A stretch of DNA of 64,000 nucleotides from IMG/VR virus record IMGVR_UViG_3300013137_002215; one strand, 5' to 3'. The notes below the pieces were generated by a model. It did not search any database and was not told the DNA's origin. It saw only the letters and a program-made list of their open reading frames with translations. This DNA is from an uncultured virus (IMG/VR IMGVR_UViG_3300013137_002215) (taxonomy: Duplodnaviria > Heunggongvirae > Uroviricota > Caudoviricetes). Positions 56,772 through 64,000 of this stretch are shown in pieces. The position numbers were made by a program, and so were the translations under genes. The first letter of the stretch is position 1. Every line of letters begins with the position of its first letter.

Positions 56772-58475
56772 TTATTCTATTGTGCTTTGTTCGCCATACT
56801 CGTCTTCATCTTCTAAATCTACCTCTACTGTCTTTGGTTCTGGCTGATTTGATTGCGCGAGCTTATTTTTATTTTTCTCTTCTACTTCTTGTATTTTTCT
56901 TTTAATGTGTTCTGCACCTAATCGTCCTCTTCCCTGCGTAAAACCACAGCTCTTTTTAAAATTACCAGTTCCTACATATTCAGGATCAAATCTATTCTGG
57001 ATATAAAATAAAACAGTATCTTGAGTAGGTGCGGGTAATTTTCTTTCTTTAAATAATGATACACAGAATTTAGTAAATCGTGTTTTGTGTAGTTGAATAA
57101 ATGATATGGTTCTACGAGTTTTATGATAAAAACGACGACCCTCTATTGTGCCTTCTTCAATCATCGGTTTGGCATTCTTTAACTTTTTCTTCCAGTGAGT
57201 TTTAGCCCACTCATCTAGTAACTTGATATGATCTGGACGGCTATAATACCACTTATGCCCAAAAAAGGCATATTTTTTCATCTCATCAGTTATAAAAGGT
57301 CTATCGTCGGTTGCATAACTATCTGCATCTAGTTTTAACCAATAATCAGTTGTAACATATTTGGCGGTTCCGAATACAAAAGCACTCAACATTAATTCTC
57401 TCTGATTGTCAACCTTATCTAAGTCTTCTTTATCCCATTTTATAAGCCTAACATTTGGCAATCTAAGGAAGTCTAAGCGTGGATCTTTTTCTATGTCTAT
57501 ACCGTTTACAAAAACAATAACGGGATACTTATCAATATTCTTATATTTTCTCCAGTTAGGAAAGGTTTCTTGCAAAATAGGAAGATAATAATTGTCACAT
57601 GCAGTTACTATGGTTGTATCGGGGATATTTTGATCTTTATTATGAAGGTATATTTTTAGTCTTTTATCGGCATATTGCAAGAAATTATTAATATTGGCTA
57701 TATTACCATCACACATCTCTTTAAAGGTACTTTTCCATACTTCACACGTTGTTACTCCAGGAAGCGTATGCTTGTCCCCATGAAAATGATACACCCTTCT
57801 ATCTTTTGATTGTTCTTTATCGTGTAGTACGCTTACATTAAAATCTGTTGGGGCAATAAAGTATTTAAGCCCCCATTCACTCATAAATGGATATAATAGT
57901 TGACAACTTACTTCGTCTGGGATGAAAATTTTAGCCTGTGCGCCTTTATGAGCCAAGTTCACCCAATAATCAACAAATTTGATCCAATTTTCTGATTTTT
58001 TAAAAGATAATACTCCGGTATTAACAGCAGGATAATGGTTTTTCAATACTCCATCAATAAACCTTTGTTCCGCAATACCATTAAATCTTTTTACCCTTTT
58101 AGAAATAGCGCCACCGGCATCGGACCACCAGCCAGCAAAATGAGGTATTACAAAATCTGCATTGTCCAGATAAGAAAACATTTCGTCTAATTTACCCGTT
58201 ACAACAACATCTGCGTCTAACCACAAAGTCCTATCATATGGTGAATTCTTAAACATTTCAGTTTTTCTAACCAATACGCGATAATTTTGATTTAAATCAT
58301 TATGTACGATGTCGCATTTAAAATATTTTAACACCTCGTCAAACTCTTTAGGATATTGCTCAACAAAGAAGGTAATAGGTCCATCATACCATTTTCTTAA
58401 AGAATAAAGTGCCACAATAGCCCTAACAACAATCTTATCGCCCTTATTAAACATTATTATGCCCTTAGACTCCAT
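56772..58475 (-). CDS. double GT-A domain glycosyltransferase
   Basis: SPYDRTLWLDAD..NTGV..DE..HFHG; second domain WLKLDAD; GGAGG RBS. Confidence 0.75.
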   Translation of the reverse strand: MESKGIIMFNKGDKIVVRAIVALYSLRKWYDGPITFFVEQYPKEFDEVLKYFKCDIVHNDLNQNYRVLVRKTEMFKNSPYDRTLWLDADVVVTGKLDEMFSYLDNADFVIPHFAGWWSDAGGAISKRVKRFNGIAEQRFIDGVLKNHYPAVNTGVLSFKKSENWIKFVDYWVNLAHKGAQAKIFIPDEVSCQLLYPFMSEWGLKYFIAPTDFNVSVLHDKEQSKDRRVYHFHGDKHTLPGVTTCEVWKSTFKEMCDGNIANINNFLQYADKRLKIYLHNKDQNIPDTTIVTACDNYYLPILQETFPNWRKYKNIDKYPVIVFVNGIDIEKDPRLDFLRLPNVRLIKWDKEDLDKVDNQRELMLSAFVFGTAKYVTTDYWLKLDADSYATDDRPFITDEMKKYAFFGHKWYYSRPDHIKLLDEWAKTHWKKKLKNAKPMIEEGTIEGRRFYHKTRRTISFIQLHKTRFTKFCVSLFKERKLPAPTQDTVLFYIQNRFDPEYVGTGNFKKSCGFTQGRGRLGAEHIKRKIQEVEEKNKNKLAQSNQPEPKTVEVDLEDEDEYGEQSTIE

Positions 58476-59370
58476 ACTTATGCCTCCAATTTGCATATTT
58501 GCGTTTTCTATACTCAAACAGATCAAAAAACCTATTATATTTTCTTTCTAATCTTAACTTTTTATTGTGTCCTTTATAATACATCATTTTACCTAATTTA
58601 ATAAGATTCTCCGTAGAAAAATACAATCTAAAGCAGGTATCGCTGTATATTCTTCGTCCAAATATATTATAATTTCTAATTAAAACAATTCTAAGCTTTT
58701 TTAAAAACTTACCACTGCCACTACAAATATAACAACTGGCACTACATTTATTGGCGTAAATAGAAATACAACCATCTCCATCAAATAAACCTCTAACAAA
58801 ATCAGGAATATATTTTTTAGGAATTTTCGGAAAACTTGTTATTAATGATTTTCTTTGTTGCCCACCAAGTTTAACTATATCTTTAAAAATAGTTTTAGAC
58901 GCAATCTCAAAATGACACATCTTAGGACGAGATTTGGGTTGCCATATTGGATTGTTGGCACCCATATAATTCATAATTCTTTGAAGTATATATTTATTCT
59001 CTTCGTTTTGACAAATTCCAAATCCATAAGAAAACCCATAACCACCCCTACCAATTCTTTTTCTTATACACCCATCTGCCCACCAAAAACCCAAAATATA
59101 AGCCATATTACAGGACCATTTTTTAAAAAAATTATGATTAATGCTATATTTTTTTAATTGTCCTTGAATATTTTTGGTTCCAAGCCAATGCGACCACGAT
59201 TTCCAACCATTATTTTTATATGTTAAATCTGGATTACGCGGAATATTGTTCGGCTTATTATACCTATATTTTTTATAATAAAGCCATTTTCTTTCAGTAT
59301 TTATTCCGAATTTTGGTGCCGTTTTTAAAACAATTTCCCTAGCCTCATTATATGGCAACCAATTTTTCAT
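58465..59370 (-). CDS. LAGLIDADG homing endonuclease with an N-terminal repeat module
   Basis: AYILGFWWADGCI and FVRGLFDGDGCI; IP.NP..Y..GW..W..WLGT. Confidence 0.88.
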   Translation of the reverse strand: MKNWLPYNEAREIVLKTAPKFGINTERKWLYYKKYRYNKPNNIPRNPDLTYKNNGWKSWSHWLGTKNIQGQLKKYSINHNFFKKWSCNMAYILGFWWADGCIRKRIGRGGYGFSYGFGICQNEENKYILQRIMNYMGANNPIWQPKSRPKMCHFEIASKTIFKDIVKLGGQQRKSLITSFPKIPKKYIPDFVRGLFDGDGCISIYANKCSASCYICSGSGKFLKKLRIVLIRNYNIFGRRIYSDTCFRLYFSTENLIKLGKMMYYKGHNKKLRLERKYNRFFDLFEYRKRKYANWRHKYGV

Positions 59371-59405
59371 TATTTCTTTAATTATACAATATTTGACATC
59401 AATAT

Positions 59406-59660
59406 TTATATCATATTACCTAAACCACTAATTCCCTGATAGTATCCAGGCCTCATCGGGTCAAATTTGTACTTTAGTTTTATTTCATCTTTTTCTTGAT
59501 CTGTTAAGTCATCCCAAGTTTTGCCTTCTGGAATAAATGCAGTAATATCACGATAAAATATATCCATTTCTTTGGGAATATCGCCAGCCTTAAATATTCC
59601 CTCATCTTGTTGTTCAGCGGGAGAAGGTGTGCCGCGAATAAAGCCCAACATTTTTTTCAT
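59406..59660 (-). CDS. hypothetical protein
   Basis: ORF with RBS. Confidence 0.55.
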   Translation of the reverse strand: MKKMLGFIRGTPSPAEQQDEGIFKAGDIPKEMDIFYRDITAFIPEGKTWDDLTDQEKDEIKLKYKFDPMRPGYYQGISGLGNMI

Positions 59661-59661
59661 A

Positions 59662-60198
59662 TTATTCCCCTATATTTTTACCTATTCTCATAATGTCTTT
59701 TTTAATTTCAACCCTTATATTGTTATTACTATTTTTAACTGCATCAATAAGCTGTTGTTGTGTGGGATATAGTTTTCTTCCAATATTAAAGTGTCTCATG
59801 TCGTCTATTAATATCAAATCATTATTAGATCTTTGTAATATAATATTAAGTTCTTGAAGTGCAGGGCTATAGGTCCAATTATGTGCGTCAAGCCAAAAAA
59901 ACGCATCTTTCTTTATGTTTTTAAGTATAACCGGTAGAATATCTTTACTATCTCCATTAAATAATTTTACATTATCATAATTCTTAAATCTTTTTACACA
60001 ATCTTTAAAACGATCTTCTCTAAATTCAACAGAATAAACTTCTTTACATATATCTTTCATTACCCAACAAGTATCTCCCAAACAGGTTCCAGTTTCAATA
60101 AATATAGTATAACCATATTTTTTGATATAGTTAATCATCAACTCTCTTTTTTGATCTTCTGATAGTGCTGGTTTTTTGCTCATTTCTCGCCTATACAA
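59662..60198 (-). CDS. methyltransferase-like protein
   Basis: FIETGT..G, GDS, FWLDAH, ILIDDMR. Confidence 0.75.
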   Translation of the reverse strand: MYRREMSKKPALSEDQKRELMINYIKKYGYTIFIETGTCLGDTCWVMKDICKEVYSVEFREDRFKDCVKRFKNYDNVKLFNGDSKDILPVILKNIKKDAFFWLDAHNWTYSPALQELNIILQRSNNDLILIDDMRHFNIGRKLYPTQQQLIDAVKNSNNNIRVEIKKDIMRIGKNIGE

Positions 60199-61168
60199 TT
60201 CCCATTCTTTTTTTCCATTCGTTCTTTCTTTTTTTTCTTTCGCGTTTTGGAGCTTTTATTACACTGTTTTCCCAATCCAGTTTAATAGAGTCATATAATT
60301 CGTGAGCCTTTTTATAATTTCCTAAGATTTCATCTGTTTTCTGTCTATAATATATAAAACGATCTTCATCTATAATAACATTTGCATCTGTTCCGATATT
60401 GGTTTCGCCCCACAAACTATGAAATGGCAAAGGAAAATATATTTCTTTTGCATTAGAAAGCCAAGCGCCCCACCATGCATACGAACTTCTTGACATGGCT
60501 ATTTTGTTAAATAATTTGAACATTTTAAAATCTTCTATATATGCATCTTTTCCAGTATTAAAAACACATATCGGATTATATTGTTGAAATTTCTTAATAT
60601 GATCGGATTCTGGTTCGCTTGTAATTATGAACAGTCTATTAAACTTAATATGCGGCAATAATTTTCCAAAATAATCATCAAACAATAAAGATCGAGTTCT
60701 TAATTGTTTTTTATTTTTAACGATATCTCCAAGTCTTACATGCACCAATAAATCATCGGGATTAATTTTGTCTATATTAATTTCTGAAAAAGAATCCTGT
60801 TTGAGTATTTTAAATTTTCCTTTTAATTGTTCCATTGACGGTTCTTTAATATATAACCATTTCTTAATTTCATTTACATGTTCTTTATAAATAGGATAAT
60901 AGGCGAATGTTCCTTTTAAACCAATACGTATGTTTTTACAAGAACCTATTTTTTTATCCAAATCTTCTAAAGAAACCTTATTAAAACGTAAAACAAATGA
61001 TTTTTCCGGTTTATCATTTCTAAGTCCATCTATTTTTTCTGAAGTATTATTGAAAAATTTTACTGGTCTTGCACATAAACACAAACCGTATCTTTCCGCC
61101 AATATTCTTCCAGTGCAATATTGACCTAAATTATTACCAAGTCGTCCATAGTACTTAATTTTGATCAT
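60191..61168 (-). CDS. GT11 alpha-1,2-fucosyltransferase-like protein
   Basis: GRLGNN..QY, VHVRLGD, SSYAWWGAWLS. Confidence 0.82.
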   Translation of the reverse strand: MIKIKYYGRLGNNLGQYCTGRILAERYGLCLCARPVKFFNNTSEKIDGLRNDKPEKSFVLRFNKVSLEDLDKKIGSCKNIRIGLKGTFAYYPIYKEHVNEIKKWLYIKEPSMEQLKGKFKILKQDSFSEINIDKINPDDLLVHVRLGDIVKNKKQLRTRSLLFDDYFGKLLPHIKFNRLFIITSEPESDHIKKFQQYNPICVFNTGKDAYIEDFKMFKLFNKIAMSRSSYAWWGAWLSNAKEIYFPLPFHSLWGETNIGTDANVIIDEDRFIYYRQKTDEILGNYKKAHELYDSIKLDWENSVIKAPKRERKKRKNEWKKRMGIV

Positions 61169-61203
61169 AACACCATATAATTCAATAATTTCCTAAAATT
61201 ATC

Positions 61204-61968
61204 CTATCTAACGTCGGGTATCTTTATATTATTTGTCATATATATTTTGTTAATATCTTTATGAAACTGCGAATGTTTACAGAGATATGTGTCTGGTTCA
61301 AAATTTTTACCATAGAACTCAACGCCCTTCCAACCACCCGATATATCGTCTATTATTTTAGTTAATGCGGGTTCAGCAGACCAAGTACATGGTAACGACC
61401 TTCTTACACCCCATATTTTACTTGCCAATGATTTATCTCTCATATAAATAAATCCAGCAAGTGAAGTATACTGATTTTCTTTCCCATTTCTATGTTTTAT
61501 TTTCTGTTGTTTCTTATAGCGATACAAATTAGCCTGAATTTCTCTTTTAGAATTTAAAATATTCCAAAAATCGTTATCAACTGGCTTTTTAATTCCAACA
61601 TCCCAATCAATAAATACAATTTCGTCAAAATCTTTCATTGCCAATGTTAAAATATATAACTTGTGCTCGTATTGATGATAAACATAGTCGTTTTTATTTA
61701 CCAAAATAGAATTAATGCCGACAGACTTCAAATATTTATGATTGTCTTCTCCAAAGGTATAGCAAACATCATCAACTTTATTTTCAGATCCGATATAATT
61801 TGAAATATTTAACTTCATTTTCGTCATTTTATGATTGGACATAAAAGAGATGCCTTTGCCCATCATTTGTTTATTACTCATATTTTCTTCTAATTGTTTC
61901 AAATAATCAGTATTATTTAACACTTCTTCTGAAGTTCCAAATAAACACCTGATAAATGCACGTTTCAT
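61204..61968 (-). CDS. putative glycosyltransferase, DWD paralog family
   Basis: FGEDN, HKL, AMKDFDEIVFIDWD, GFIYMRDK, SAEPA. Confidence 0.6.
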   Translation of the reverse strand: MKRAFIRCLFGTSEEVLNNTDYLKQLEENMSNKQMMGKGISFMSNHKMTKMKLNISNYIGSENKVDDVCYTFGEDNHKYLKSVGINSILVNKNDYVYHQYEHKLYILTLAMKDFDEIVFIDWDVGIKKPVDNDFWNILNSKREIQANLYRYKKQQKIKHRNGKENQYTSLAGFIYMRDKSLASKIWGVRRSLPCTWSAEPALTKIIDDISGGWKGVEFYGKNFEPDTYLCKHSQFHKDINKIYMTNNIKIPDVR

Positions 61969-62561
61969 TATAACATATCATCTTTTACGACATACTTAAT
62001 TTTATCTTCTAATGTTCTAAAAAACACCTCGTCATAATACTTAAATTTTTTATAATCATTCTTTTTATTCAAATCAAATTTGCCTATACTTTCTTTACCC
62101 TTATTTATATCCCAAATTCCACCTAAAAAAACAACTATCTTTTCCAAATGAATTAACGGACTATTCAAAAAAGGATCATAGTCTATGATTATTCTTTTTT
62201 CTATATCGCTTAATATCCATTTTTTATAGAAATTAACCCAATATCGCATTTTAACTTTAGCAAAATGTTTCCATGCCTCAATGGAGTCTTGTAATCCAGT
62301 TGTTTTAATTTCCAATAAATAATGTGACACAATACTAGACATAGGATCTCGTATTTGAACTAAATAATTTCTATTATTTAATATCGGTGTTTTTAAATCT
62401 AAATCATGGTTTTTCTGATAATTAAAATCATTTCTATTTGTCATTATTTGATCGTTATAAACATCGCAATTTTTTAATTCATCGCCAAAATATACTTTTA
62501 AAACTCTAAGCAACATTCTATGACCAGAACGCGGAAAGCATATGTTCTCTGTTTTTATCAT
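61968..62561 (-). CDS. sulfotransferase family protein
   Basis: FPRSG, K.HD, IRDP...VS. Confidence 0.7.
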   Translation of the reverse strand: MIKTENICFPRSGHRMLLRVLKVYFGDELKNCDVYNDQIMTNRNDFNYQKNHDLDLKTPILNNRNYLVQIRDPMSSIVSHYLLEIKTTGLQDSIEAWKHFAKVKMRYWVNFYKKWILSDIEKRIIIDYDPFLNSPLIHLEKIVVFLGGIWDINKGKESIGKFDLNKKNDYKKFKYYDEVFFRTLEDKIKYVVKDDML

Positions 62562-63139
62562 TAGACCTGTTTATGCCATTTTATTTCTACTTCGCCATTA
62601 CCAAGGTCTTCTTCTATTTTTATAATCGTAAGTCCGTATCCATAAGGCAAGGTAACATGTGAATTCTTAACCCACGACAAACTATCAACCGCCTTATATA
62701 AGTCGTATTCCTTGTGTGTAGTATCATGTAATAATAAGATTGAACCCTTTTTCATTCTTGGGATAATCATTTTAAAATCATTTATAACCGTAGCAGAATC
62801 ATGCGCCCCATCATGTAGAACAAAATCAAATGTTTCTTTTTCTATGTCGGTTTTAATCATATTAGATCGCTTACACAAATATTTAAAATTAGGATATTGT
62901 TTTAGTTCATTTAAATCAAAGAAAATAGCGGTTTGATTTAAGGGTCTATAATCGCAAGTAATCAATTTGCCATTTGTTTTTTCTAGTGCCATTAAAATCG
63001 TTTTAGTAGAAAAGCCCGATCCAAATTCAAAGGCAGATTTTGCTTCCATACCCAATACAATGGAATATAGTGTTAAATAATGGCGACAAAAACCGGCATT
63101 ATTAGCATGATGACGATCAAATAATTCTTGTAGGTTCAT
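62561..63139 (-). CDS. class I SAM methyltransferase
   Basis: EFGSGFST, FDFVLHDGAH, LLHDT. Confidence 0.82.
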   Translation of the reverse strand: MNLQELFDRHHANNAGFCRHYLTLYSIVLGMEAKSAFEFGSGFSTKTILMALEKTNGKLITCDYRPLNQTAIFFDLNELKQYPNFKYLCKRSNMIKTDIEKETFDFVLHDGAHDSATVINDFKMIIPRMKKGSILLLHDTTHKEYDLYKAVDSLSWVKNSHVTLPYGYGLTIIKIEEDLGNGEVEIKWHKQV

Positions 63140-63984
63140 AAATATCCTAGTTTTTTTAACAAGTTAACCGCATCATTATTTTTCATAAACTCATCTATTC
63201 TTTCTTTATATATTTCGTTTTTCCACCTATCAAGTTTATGATTACTGATCGGAGATGGACCGCCTACCCAACCTGGATCACTTATTACCGTTGTTTTTTC
63301 ATAATATTTTAATAACTGTTCGTCAAAATCTTCTTCTAAATATTCACATAGTTTTTTCAACTGCTCTTTTGGATAACTAACAAGGTCTTCATACCTTATT
63401 GCATACACTATATCACAACAACTCAATCCTGCACTTGTATCATTAACCCACCTTTCGACATCCACCCAATACTTCTTATATTTATGATTAGGATGAGATG
63501 ATGTTACAACGTTTCGTCCATCCCTTATAATATGTACCAACTTAACATGCCCGTCAAACAAATTATAAATATCCCTAAAAGCCGTTACATTTTTTGGAGT
63601 TTTTTCACACCAACGTCTTTTATTAAATTCAACCGAAATATTTTTTAAAGAATTTTTTATTATAGACAGTCTAAATGGTTTAGGAGTAAAAGAAAATGAC
63701 TCTCCAGGAATCGAATAAATTTGATTATGGGCACCTAAAATTGATAACAACAGTGTTGTTCCCGATCTTCCGCAACCACCCAATACTATAGGACATTTTT
63801 TATTATAGTTCTTTAAATAATACAATGATGGTAAAAAGAACTTATCTTGTGTTGGATTTTTTACCATATCATCAAATAAAACAACAAAATCTACCCTATT
63901 ATCTATTTCTATTGAATTTAAATCTTCTATGAACCCAATCTCTTGACTTTGAAAAATAATATTGCCCTTTACGTCTAAAAGCAA
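63136..63984 (-). CDS. sulfotransferase (5' end may extend beyond the window)
   Basis: GCGRSGTTLL, EKTP, IIRDGR.V..S, RYEDLV..P. Confidence 0.88.
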   Translation of the reverse strand: MLLDVKGNIIFQSQEIGFIEDLNSIEIDNRVDFVVLFDDMVKNPTQDKFFLPSLYYLKNYNKKCPIVLGGCGRSGTTLLLSILGAHNQIYSIPGESFSFTPKPFRLSIIKNSLKNISVEFNKRRWCEKTPKNVTAFRDIYNLFDGHVKLVHIIRDGRNVVTSSHPNHKYKKYWVDVERWVNDTSAGLSCCDIVYAIRYEDLVSYPKEQLKKLCEYLEEDFDEQLLKYYEKTTVISDPGWVGGPSPISNHKLDRWKNEIYKERIDEFMKNNDAVNLLKKLGYL

Positions 63985-64000
63985 AAAATATTTATTATTT

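Noticed and set aside
44..62936. Many short plus-strand ORFs antisense to long genes
   Set aside because: Shadow ORFs rich in Ser/Leu/Phe/Ile with no recognisable motifs.

Overview
AT-rich, gene-dense window coded almost entirely on the minus strand. It looks like part of a large (jumbo/huge) bacteriophage genome; this is inferred from the gene mix, and no capsid or terminase gene lies in the window. 1-37 kb: replication, repair and transcription genes (Pol III alpha with a mini-intein, beta clamp, gamma/tau, delta-like, primase, SSB-like, RecA, SbcCD, TopA, UDG, dNMP kinase, adenine MTase, a SigH-like and a second sigma-like factor, tandem SpoVS, peptide deformylase, a tail-tube-like protein). 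38-46 kb: a tmRNA, small ORFs and 11 tRNA genes. 46-64 kb: a large glycosyl-/methyl-/sulfotransferase cluster. Top finding: the tRNA array is preceded by a complete ribosome-coupled attenuator (promoter, 27-aa leader peptide, mutually exclusive 1:2, 2:3 and 3:4 helices, U-tract terminator). Its leader codons match the anticodons of the downstream tRNAs almost one for one. This suggests a tRNA-depletion sensor that switches on a set of structurally altered replacement tRNAs (long variable arms, C33). A structured ncRNA made of tandem units lies inside the same array. All calls come from manual reading; no searches were run.
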